From Ylistrum balloti (Eukaryota): a stretch of 64,000 nt of DNA. The stretch covers positions 62,001-126,000 of the forward strand of contig NW_026782091.1 of assembly GCF_031769215.1 (NCBI RefSeq). The letters are read 5' to 3'. Under the pieces are notes generated by a model that searched no databases, was not told where the DNA came from, and saw only the letters and a list, made by a program, of their open reading frames with translations. Shown piece after piece: positions 1 through 12,200 of this stretch. The translations under genes were made by a program, and so were the position numbers. Numbering within the stretch: position 1 is the stretch's first letter; every line of letters starts with the position of its first letter.

Positions 1-1286
1 ATTGAAAAGAACTTCACCTTTCATATTGCGAAATGTCAACGTCACCTGAGAGCATTTAAGATTTATCAACCACTTCCAACAGTTGAAATAGGAGGTTGAT
101 AAAAGAATTTGTTTGTGTAAGGACACCTGAAACACACATTTTAAGGTCAGCATTGCCAGTCCCTTTAAATATTGATGATTAATGCTGATTGAAAACTTTC
201 ATATGAAGTACCCGTACATATTGAAACTAATTCCCTTCATTATCAATAACTATGTAGTCTTCTTTATACATAATATTGGAATGCCTTACTTATACATTGA
301 CTAGTATGTTTAAATTATTTTTCTTTAATTTCCTAAATTAAATACATGATTTGTTTTCAAGATCTGATTATTTTTCATGCACAATTTCATGACAGCAATT
401 TGTCCCCAAAAATTCAAAATTCACGTATTTCTGTCAGAGCAATAGAAAAAAACCAAACCAACATGCTTAACTGCACAAAAAATTGCTATCTTACCACATT
501 GAATTAAAATATTGATTAAGCATACCATAATGTTCCATGAAATTTCACAAAATATCTAAATCCAATCATTTTTCTCACTGAAACATGAAAATCGGAAACA
601 CTACAGGCAGAATCCTTTTACATCAAGATTCCACATTATAAAATTAATAGTTATCATAATATCATTAACTTTTATTATATAAGTGTATACCGAAACCTGG
701 TTAGTCTGAAACTCATAGTAACTACCGGTATCTACTGTGATCAGAAAAAAAAAAAATTAATTCATACACATTCATTTAATCAAATAATATATATATATAT
801 ACTGTAGCACTGAGGTTTGGTATGAATTCTTAACTCTACAATTTATATATTTGTAACGTCAGTATAATACAACACTGACCATAGAGTTAGGAACGTCTGC
901 CAAGTCCCTTTGTTCAAATGCATAATATAATAATGTTATGTAATAGACTTTTCTAGATCAAACAGATTTCTGTTATATAGACAGTTGCCACAAAAAACTA
1001 ATCACAGAATAAACTCCACCTGAATATTTTTAAGTAACAGGTTCCATTAGATGGAATATTGGTCAATACAGAAAACCTGAAAGACCAATTCCTGATCAAA
1101 GAAATAAGATTTGCATTGATCAACCAGTATTTGAAAAGAAACTACAAAAATAGAAAAAAAAAAAAATGCAGCCGTCACAAATTTGAGTAACAAATTTCTA
1201 TAATGACGTGAAAAATTGTGAATCCTGATAAAGTATCAGCAGCACCCCTGATCTCAATGTAAATTTAATGTGAACATGACATGATT

Positions 1287-4200
1287 TTAGAATTCCTTGA
1301 TGAAAGTTTTCATGGAATTTGGTAAAGGTAAGTTGTCTACTTCATCCTCAGAGCTGCACCGAAGACTGTTTTTGATGGCCTGGAAGCACTTCTCCTGCAG
1401 AGAGAGGTATCGACATGTTCGTGTACCAAGTCCAAGTTCAGTCTCAGTTGCAGTAGAGCTTACCATTGGGTACAATGGCATGCTTAGATTGTTGAGACCA
1501 GTGAAAGCCACACCAAGTTCTCGCCCATCTTGATAATAGGTTAAGGTCCCTTTGTATAGATTTAAGAGGCAGCCGATCACAGCCTGGTGGAATACTGGTG
1601 CACAGAATTCATGACACATTCCATCATGCCACAAATCCCCACGATATGAAAGACCCCAGCTTTCCCCATCAATACCTGAAGATATTTACAAGCAATATGC
1701 AATCAAATGTGATCTAAACCAATACACCAACTAAAAATTTGTGACAATCAAATAAAATATCTGTTTATACAATACAAATATTCTCATACTTTCCAACATT
1801 ACTTTTCTTCATGTATAAAGCATGAGGAAATGATACATTTTTTAAACATAAAAAAAAGACAAAAATTCAGAAAGTGGTAATTAAACTTTTAAATCAATTA
1901 TACAGAATTAATCTGCTATTTCATCGAGATTTCTGAGACCTACTTGAAATAAGATTGACACAATTATGTTTAAAGCAACTATCATACAACATTTAACTGT
2001 TTTCACCTTTTTTCAAGTGTTTCGGGTTATATTATCATTAGGACAGACTCAAATTTGCTATGTTACGATCTTGGGGAGACAACCATATCACAGAAAACCT
2101 GTCGCCAAACTTAATCCAATAGTTGTAAACCGGTATCAAAATAATCCATGTATTGTTACAACTAAAGAAAACAACTGCAAGAGATATTTATCAGGCAATA
2201 ATCTCCTACCCATCAGACAATCCATTTCTACTGTTGGTCAGAAGAGATTTATTTGTGTCAATATGTGTTTGTTGGCTCCTTGTGTATATTGCAGGAAAAA
2301 GATTGGTATGTTATTATTTCAATAAGTCAAGAGAGGTCAGATAACATTACACCACCATATATTACTTTTGTAAATAAATCTTCATTGAATTGCTATGTTG
2401 TAACAATATGAAAGGGGGGTGGGGGGTATTCTCTCAGGTAAAGATTCTTAAATTGAAAAAAACACTAGTTGAGTTTCATGTTTTTCTCATTTGGTTTGCG
2501 ATCCCCATATCCTTACCGCAAGAGGATGGAAGATTCTTTTTTATTTCTGCAGACTTACCAATTAGATCAACAAATCTGTAGTCATCTGTATGTAGTCCAG
2601 CTTTTTCTGTCCCTACACCCACCATAACTGAGGTCCCATTCGGGGGCTCAAGGAATGTCACCTCCCAATAGTGTATACCATCTATAAACCCTTTGGTGCC
2701 CCGTACACCTGAAAGTTAGAAGATCAACATTAAATTTTCTGCACAAACCCACTTTTCTCTAAGATTAGAATATCTTCCATTCAAAAATCAAGCTATGGGT
2801 TTTTTGTAATACAATCTTCTTGCCGTCACATGGGATGAACTGTTTCATACAGTATTTTGTCCCTATTGGATAAAATGTCATATTAAGACTTGTGATTATA
2901 TTCTCTTGAAAGTTTCCCAAACACTGTACTCTTTTTTCTCTTTTTAACAGCTCACGAAGTTGTGAAGATACCTTTGCTTCAAACAGATGAAGAAACAAAA
3001 AGTTTATTTATGAAAAATATTGTATATAGACAAGAGAAGCATCAAATCAAATCCATAAGTCTAGTTAATTTTTCAAATCGTAACTTCTAAAATATGCAAA
3101 AAAAAAAATTTATTTATTTTACAGGGATTTTTTTCTTCAAATTTTCCCAATTAGAACAGCTTTAATCATCACAACTAATTAACATATTTTTCACACTGCA
3201 AAAACATTGTAAAAATCACATATGTGTCTGTGTGCAACAGTAATATTCATTTCTGCATTCCATTTCATGTGCACTATAATGGAAAGAAAAATGGTTGTTA
3301 AATTAATAAACATTGGTAAAAAAAACATCACCACATACTCATCCTTTTTAATAAACATTACCTCCAAACTACACAATCTATTTATTGTATAATATGTTCC
3401 AAAGTATGTGATCAGAACCAGGATTTCGAAGCCTCTCATGGTTGCCTTTCTTTTTGATCAATCACCTGTAATACAAACCATTGCAAGTACAGAGGAAACA
3501 GTGCTTCCGGCCACAAGTCATGCCGGTAGTGAAAAAAATCATGAAATGAGCAGTGCTCTATACCTTATGCTATTTATAAGCGTTTATAAAAGTTAAATGA
3601 GATTTTAATAAGGCAATGCAAAGCTTTCGAAACATGACATTACATAAAAATTTTGACTGTTCCCTAAATGTGCAAAAAGGACGAAAGTTTTATTTTAAAA
3701 TGCCATTCATTGTCTACTGATATTTAGCACTGTGATGCCACGAAAGCAAGCTAGGTGTTTAAAATATGAGCTTAAAGAAAAATGTAGCTTTTTAACACAG
3801 TTAGCGTTTTAGATTTATGTATGAATTCAAACCAATATATTTTGCTTATTAGGTCTGTTAATGTAAATATAAAAGAACAAAACACAGATGCCACCTTACT
3901 CTTAATCATGATTTTTTTGCTTCAAATTCTAAATTAAAAGTCATTTTATCTCAATTATGATTAGGGACAACGATGTAATTTAGCCACACACAGACTTGAT
4001 GATATTTACAATGTATATTCTCTATATAAGAAGTTGATCCTTCCTAACTTCCCTATTTATTGTTTATCTTTTGAATATTGTTGATCTTCAACATTATCCT
4101 AATTAATTTTTCTCACCAAAAATCTGTTTAAAACTTAGATTTGTTATTGATTGCTACACTTTTATTGTATTCTGTCTCTTCCACATTTATTCTCCTTATT

Positions 4201-4699
4201 TTTTATTTGTATTTTGAAAATTTTTCATATAATTTGAGCAGGTTACAACAAATAACAAAGAAATAGTTTTTGATTATAGACATATTTATCTAAACCTGTT
4301 ATTTAACTTATCTAAACCCGTTATTTAACAAACGGAAAACGATAAAAAAAAACCCCAACATTTCACAGTTTTACTTTCATAGGACTTTTTTTAATACAAT
4401 AACTACTGCAACAATGTTATTTTCATTCATATTAGTATTTCATAAGTGGTTTTATTAATAAGAAACAAAATGTAAAATTGAATATATATATATAAAAGTA
4501 GTAAAGTGTTAACCTGACATATTCCATTACCTGCTGTGCCGGTACTGTGGTATACCGGATCAATATGGAAGTATGCACTTTCCTGGTCGGGGGAAAGTGT
4601 CACTTCGGGTGACTTATGGAACTGATCCCATACCCAGTTCTCTCTATTATGGTTGTCAAAGATTCCTCCTATCTGCTGGCTGAAGAAGTTATCATTCAT
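1287..4699 (-). CDS. SPSB3: SPRY domain-containing SOCS box protein 3-like (about 235 aa, 3 coding exons)
   Basis: Exons 4699-4531, 2708-2559 and 1675-1287 join in frame at GT-AG sites: ...WVWDQFHKSPEVTLSPDQESAYFH...STGTAG|VRGTKGFIDGIHYWEV..EPPNGTSVMVGVGT...LIG|IDGESWGLSYRGDLWHDG...IGCLLNLYKGTLTYYQDG...LYPMVSSTA...LSLQEKC...LPLPNSMK. This is the SPSB3-type SPRY domain plus a C-terminal SOCS box (BC-box SLQEKC, LPLP). Confidence 0.9.
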
Positions 4700-5697
4700 T
4701 CGGTCTGAAATGAAGAGAAGTTAAATGAATATCAACAATAAATTTTTCTTTCTTTCTCTTGCAACTACATGTACGAGTAAAAGAGAAAGAAAATAACACA
4801 TGCAAATATATGAAGTTACATTTATTTTCAAACATTGACATACATTTTTTTTCAAACGATGACAATTTTCTTACCCATTTATCTAAAACGATAATCGTTG
4901 ATCAATTTTTCGTGTGATGTATTGGTTTCCAACTGTGGTTTCTTCTTCCTATAATGAATAAATCATCACATTGTATACTGTATACTTAAGAGGGTGCTTG
5001 TCATTGCCGTCAATTTTCTGAAATTACATATGTAAATTTGTTATTTAATCAACTATCATATATAAACTGTTTTAAGGTCGAACTAATCACTATAAAATGT
5101 GTTTACAAAAATAGATCCTTGTTTCGATTCCTCCTGAGGAAAAATTGAAACTGACCTAATTGCACCCAGATTTAGCGACTTTTTTAACGAGGCCATAGTA
5201 GATTAGCGTGCAAAATATCTTTTATCACTCAAGTACTACCGAATGCGGTGTCAATATTTTCTCGGTCATTCACACGAACCGATAGTGATCATTTGTCGGT
5301 CATTCACTCTTGGACAAAATAGCTTGGTTGGTCTAAACCAGTTCGAGTCGGTTTGCGATCCAACCTACTGGGAATAAGGCTAACGTTGTTTTTAAATTTT
5401 GATACAAAATTCTGCGTGTAAGATCTTCAAAAATAAATGAATTCTAACAGATAGCTCGAAAGAATTGATTGCTAGCATCTAATATTATACTCTTTATATC
5501 TAATAAAACACCAACAACATTTGTTTACGATCGATATAAACATTGGAAGCGAGCCAAAATTAATTCTCGTCCATGTTTTGCAGGATTTTTAACATTTCAT
5601 AAGTTCTGAAGACGATCAAATATTAACAATCTTTGCCAAAACAAATGTTTGATCTTGTTATATGCGTTTTAATAAGAAAACGACAGAATATACTGAC

Positions 5698-5790
5698 CTT
5701 AACGATTCAATCTCTCTCCTTCGTTCTGACGACACCGTGATTGCCCCGTGTTTACGTCTAAGGCCTGTGCGTGTTTACGTTATCGTGCAA
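5698..5790 (-). other. Probable non-coding first exon of SPSB3-like
   Basis: Strong minus-strand donor AAG|GTCAGT at 5698/5697 in a CpG-richer patch. A matching acceptor TTTCAG lies at 4705, just upstream of the ATG. The 5' boundary is approximate. Confidence 0.5.
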
Positions 5791-6230
5791 CGTGACTTTG
5801 TGCGTGGTGGCTATTCCTTCTATATCGTCAATATTAATAAGAATGTTGTTTTAAATTAATTTCACACGGATGATGATTGAATTAGTTATAATATTGTACT
5901 TATCATTCTTATATATAATTGTCATGAGATTGTTTTCTGCATATATGATATTGTTCTATAACTGGTGAAGGAAATTACGCTACAAGAACGGGGAGTAAGT
6001 ATACTTACGAGGAGTTAAATAAAGATTGCGATTGGTCGAAAAAAGACACACCTCTCAAACCTGACACCCCTATTTGAAGTAAACATGGGGTTGCCCGCTA
6101 CAGATATTGAATTCCTCAAAACATACAATATGCGCATGCCCTAGATTCTATCTCGTTGTTTCCGGTAATAATAGGGAAACAGGTTCGGGAAAAGGCTGAA
6201 AAGTCTGTTATATGCTAATTGAAAGAAAAT
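5790..6230. promoter_or_regulatory. Putative bidirectional promoter between SPSB3-like and PICK1
   Basis: About 0.5 kb between divergent first exons. It contains an inverted CCAAT (ATTGG 6031-6035), an NRF1-like TGCGCATGCC (6131-6140) and an ETS-like TTCCGG nearby. Confidence 0.5.
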
Positions 6231-9200
6231 ATGTATTATGACCAGGGCGGAATGGAGTACGAAATGGAAGAAGACAAACTGTATGTTCATAGTTCAGTTA
6301 TGTAACTCTTAAATTGATCGGCACTGAATTTCGATTGACAGATGCTATTTGTCAGACGGATGCTTTTGGATAAATTGAGACCGTTTATGTCTCGTAATTT
6401 TTCTATCTTCCTATCATAATAACCATTTGCACTTTTAAAAGACGTATACCAAAGTTCCTATATATTTACTGGGGTATCGAACGGATGGACCCCTCCACAC
6501 ACACCCCAAAAAATCCCGACCTAAATCTACTTGGTTAAAATGTATAACACTGAAAACACTCGTCATCGATGCATGACAAATTTGCCGGACCCACGTGATT
6601 TGTAAATGTAAACATGTTTTTCCCAGTCCTATAGGAATGACGTGGCAAGGGTCACATCTGCACAAAGTCGATACACTGCACATCCTGTGTACGAATACTA
6701 GCCTATTTGTTTGCTTCCAAACAATGACATGGTTAGCTTGTAATAATTTCTCAAGTTCACGAACCATGACATGTACAGCTGTTGCACAAACAGTTTATTT
6801 CTAGTTATTGTCAGAAAAGAACATTGCCTGTTGTCGGAGTGGTGAAGCCAGTTTCAGAAGTATAATGTGTGATTCTACAAATTATGAATATGATTTAATC
6901 CCTACATTTGATCCGGATGAATATGACTCTGATGAAGGTCAATTTCAAATGTTTTATGAAGAAGATCGCATGTGAGTTTCTGTTATATAACCAGGAACTG
7001 ATATGATAGAAAGGTGTTTTGAAAGTTAATGTTGACCTTATCTTGAATATTTCCATTTAATCACACAGTATCGTGTAAACTACACCTAACTATGCTTTAG
7101 TCTCTTTAAAATATTTATTATTACATTACATGGAAGTTTGCCATATAGATCAATTTAGTAATTAATCTAATTTTGTCACTGAGAATGATTCACCTTTCTT
7201 TTGCAAACAACATAGATATTTTGTGTTCTACTATTTCTGTTCCTATGATTATAGAGGCATTGAGGCGTCTGTCCCACTTTCATTTAAAACTTAATGTTAA
7301 AGATTCTTAGATTTTTTTGCACTGTCACAAAAAATAATAGTCTGTGGCAGCAAATGATTAGTTCTTGTCCCAAAATAATCTGGAAAGAATGCATTTGGAC
7401 GATTTCCAGAAGTTACGAAATATGAAATGGCAAAATTCCATGAAAAGTATTCAGGTATATCAAGGCAATAGTGGTGTTAAATTACAACAGTGGAATGGTA
7501 TTTTTGTATGGTCATCTGAGAGAAAGTCTCATGGTGACCTTTTGCGATCACCTTTGTCCAGGGTTGTGTATCTGTAAACTTTATTAACATTTTCAACTTC
7601 TACTCAAAAACCCCTGAACCACTTTCAATGAATTTTTTTTAGAATCCTTCCTTGGTTTAAGATGAACCAAAAGGGTACGGTCCTTAGCCGATAGGGGCCT
7701 GAGGGGCAGAGCCAAAAGGGTCAAGGGGGGTAAAGTTTACAATAATTTACGTAGGAAAAATAGATTTTTTAATTAATTTCCATTGGAAATATTTCAAACT
7801 TCATTAGAATTATGAGCAAAGGATAATGGCCTGATGGTATGCCCATATTGATCCTGGCTGACCCCTAGGGGCCGGTGGGTGGGGCCAAAAGGGGTCAGAT
7901 TGACCTAGTTTTCAAAAATCATTTTCTCAACACCCAAATATGGTAGTATCAAATGCTTGTCATGGATGGAAGCATCTGAAGGTATTTTACAAAGATTAGT
8001 CTCAAATTTCTCCCTGGGAACAAGGTTAACTTTGCTATAATTTTGATATAAATTTCCATTTCCGAGCAAAATGTTTATTTTTCATTAGATGGTATGCATT
8101 TATTGATACTGGCTTACTATCATCAATATCACAATTTCTTTTTCATGACACTTGAAAGCTACTTAACCTTTAACCTTTATATTCAATATTGCTTATGTCA
8201 TGTGACCGTCAAGGCCACTAGACCTCTTGTTTAGCACAGCTATAGTATTCTACAGTCATTGATTTGCCTGGTGAATGAAATACAATTTTTGACCTTTGCT
8301 ATTCTTCAAGCACAGTGCCATGATAGCTCAGTCAGGTAGAAAATTGGCCTCGGTTGAAGAATCGAGGTGCTTAGTTTGACATTCCCTATTCATGGTCTTT
8401 TTTTCTTGCTTAAAAATTACCTGGCTATTCATGGGCTGATAAAACCTATCAAACTAAAAAATACCTGGATTCCAAGATTTCCAGGATGCAAATTGAAAAG
8501 AACATATCAGTGTTTGGAAAAATGACCAGAGTATTCATGTACTGAGATTAAGAGAATACATGTATGCTTTGAGATCATTCATATCAGTCAAGAGTTGACA
8601 TTTTGGAACAAAATTTTATTTAAGACCAGGGACGTCCCTGTTAAGACAAAGAATGCATGACAACAAGTGACTGAGATGATCAGTAATTTTTCTGGTATTA
8701 ACTGTGTAAAATTACATAAAACATTAATATCAACCTTTTTCATTCTTCAATTCATCTACCAGGTAGCCTTCTTGGTTTGTGTAAAGAATGCAGTTGAACG
8801 TGATATTTTGATAACAGTATGCAAGAAATCTAGTTCTTTGTTATCTGAATGATTTTGTTCTTGTGACCTGTACACAAAAAAGAAAATTTTGGTAGAAAAC
8901 TTTAAAAAGTCTTTACTGAAATTTAGTCTTGTTCTCTATCTTGATTTTAAAGGGGTATGAAAGTGACATCTGGCAGTATAGTGCTGAAAAAGGATGCCCA
9001 GAATCTAATCGGAATCAGTATAGGGGGTGGAGCCCCACTTTGTCCTTGCCTCTACGTCGTCCAGATATTCGATAACACTCCTGCTGCCAAGGATGGCACT
9101 TTGGCCTCAGGGGATGAGATTACTGGAGTGAATGGACAGTCAGCCAAGGGCAAGAGTAAAGTGGAAGTTGCGAAAATGATACAGTCAATATCAGTAAGTT

Positions 9201-12200
9201 GAAGATAAATTTGTAGTGAAAGATATATAGTATCCATTTGTCCACATTGTATCATAGCAAACCTGTTTTTCTAAGATGAATTTGATTTCAACTTTATTGT
9301 TCATGAAAATAATTTGTGGATATCTAGCTTGAGAATTTCGCTGCAGATTTTCTGTAACATGGGTTAGACTTTGTTTGGTAGTACATTTTTTGTATTTCAC
9401 AGTACTTCAAGTTTAACTGATTTGTAACATTGGAATATATCTAGAGGAGGATCCCTGGAATTACTGCAGTATACAGTTGTTCTGGGTAATTCTGACCTAA
9501 TTCTCCTGCTTTACTGACTGCATTTTTGCAGTATTCTGTGTTTAGGTTACAAATTTCTTTCTGTAGATTTTGAATTTAAGTAAAGCTCATGTTTCACAAT
9601 TATTACAGAAATCATACTCATCAATTTCTCTGGATGTTTAGATGTTTTATTTATGTGGAAAACGTACTTTATATCTACGAGTCTTTTACATTTTCAGGAA
9701 GAAGTAACGATTAACTATAATAAATTACATGCCGATCCAAAGCAAGGAAAATCTCTTGATATAGGTATGTGTGGAAAACTCCTACTAGAATAAGTATTCA
9801 AGTGTTGTTTTTATTATAACCCCCACTTCCAGTAAATGGAGGTTTATAATAATCACTTATCTCTGATTCCATTGGTGTTTGCTTGCATTTGTGTTCATAA
9901 TACATAGCTTGTGTACAATATATGTCATGGACCCCGCAAATGATTACCGCAGAATCACATCAAAGTCTACATCTGATAAATATTTTGGCGGTGAAGGTTA
10001 AACAGGGTAATGTCACAATTGGTCACATTTGAAATAAACAAATTGTATACCTGATATCTCATGATCCCCTCAACAGATTTACTAGGTAATAAGGTATGTA
10101 CAAAATATTAAAACTTAAAGTTTGACATTTCATTAATAATTTACCCCTTAAACTGTTTTAAATTTGTTTTTCTTATTCTCTTGCAGTTTTAAAAAAGGTG
10201 AAACATCGTGTGGTGGAGACCATGAATACAAATACGGCTGACGCCTTAGGTCTGAGTAGAGCAATCTTATGTAATGGTGAGTACTTGAACCATCTTGTGA
10301 AACTATCCAAGTCTTCATTCATTCAGTGTGTTTCCCATGCATTAATCATCAACTTTTCCTAACATAAGTTTTATAATGTCATAATGATGGGAGACAAAGT
10401 AATTAGGGCCTTGCATTGAGATGTGGGTACCCTATAGTAATCAGCTTGTCTGTCTGTCCTTGCATTCGTCCATCCATTTTGTTAGTTACTGGACAGTATC
10501 TCAAATTCTTTTAGGCCAATTGCACACATACTTAATGCCAAGCCTCCATGAAGGAAGCGCCTACGAGGGATTACTTTTCAGACCCAGAAGTCACAGGTTG
10601 GGGTTATTGTTGCTATAATGGAAAATCCATTTTGTGGAATACCTCGAGTTTGCTAAAGCCAATCTAACTCAAACTTGATGCAATGCTTCTTAACCAAAAG
10701 CGCTCATTTGGATAGATTGGCATTTAGGTCCAAAGGTGAAAGGTCACTGCAACTATAAGTTAAAATCAGTTTCATTGTGATGAATTGAGTTTTGCTTTGC
10801 CCAATCTAAATCAAACTTCATACATTGCTTCCTTACAACACATGCTTGCTGGAGATATCGCTTTTTATATCCCAAGTTCTAAGGTCAAGGTCACTGTTAT
10901 TATTGATAAAAAAATCACATTGTTGAATGTATTTTTTTGTAACAGTCTTTCTTGACTTTTGTGGCAGAGTGTAAGGTCTTGCTAGTAATCTGCCAGTCTG
11001 GGGTGTGTGTGTTTAAGGGTGGGGTGATGAAGAAGGAGGGGAGGAATTTCCAGTCACATAGCGGGACCCTTGCTGACCTGTCAGTATTCTAGTTTCCCTG
11101 GACTTTTCAATATCAGATGACAATGTAACGTGTGGTTTGATTTGTACCCAGGGTAATATGTGTTTCTCAGGAAGCTGAGATTAGAGATCATCTTGTTCTG
11201 TCATGGTAATGCCCTTGGGCATGACACTTCACTCCATGAAGAAATTTGTCAATGTTTAGTTGGGAAACCATTAGATACTAGAAGGAGATACCACAACAAA
11301 ATGATTCCTGCTCTTCACAGAGTGATGAGCCCAGCAAATAATCAGTTTTAAGGTACTGCTTTACTTGGCAGAGCTAGGGCTATGACAATGTTTAAATCAA
11401 TACCTTGACCCACATTCAATATCCAACATGTCCAAAGCTTAAACTGAATTCTGAAGAAACCAGATAATGTCTGTAATGGTAACAGACCATGAAATAAACA
11501 ATCAATATTTTGAACATTAACAGTAACTTGAACATTATTATCGTTTTTAATATTATCAGTATATTGAAATTTAACAATGTTCATTTTTCAAGTTTATTGT
11601 GTTTTTAACTTCTACTTATAGATGGATTAGTTAAGAAGCTTGAAGAACTGGAGAAGACAGCTGACATGTATAAAGGTTTAATTGAACAGACAAAGAAGTT
11701 ACTCAAGTCCACATTTGAACTGTCGCAGTCCCATAAGTGTAAGTATATCATACAGTGTATTTTACTGTTATGTTTCTTGATCAATATATCACATTTTCTG
11801 GTCTCGAGATCAGTAAATGCTTTGAGGTGACTTCCACTTTGGATGTATTTAAAAAGGACACCATATTACTGAAGAAAAAATACCGATTAAATTTCACTTT
11901 CATGCTCATAATAAGCAAACAAAAACAACTTTTTTTTCAATTTTTCAGTGTTTGGGGAGGTGTTTTCCAGCATTGGAGTGCGCGAGCCTCAACCTGCAGC
12001 GAGTGAAGCCTTCAGCATGTTTGGGGAAGCACATCGTAACATGGAGAAGTTTGCCATCAAGATGTTAAAAACCGCAAAACCAGTAAGATCCTCCCATCAA
12101 TAAATACACTGCAATCCTTTATTTAAATATTTTGTTTGTGAATATTGTTTTAGTTCTTAAATCCTTTGTAAGTTTTTTAAAGCTTGGTTGTAATCAGATA

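Noticed and set aside
8318-8400. tRNA-like sequence (TAGCTCAGTCAGGTAGA)
   Set aside because: Only an A-box-like motif survives, with no B box or cloverleaf. At most it is a decayed SINE head.
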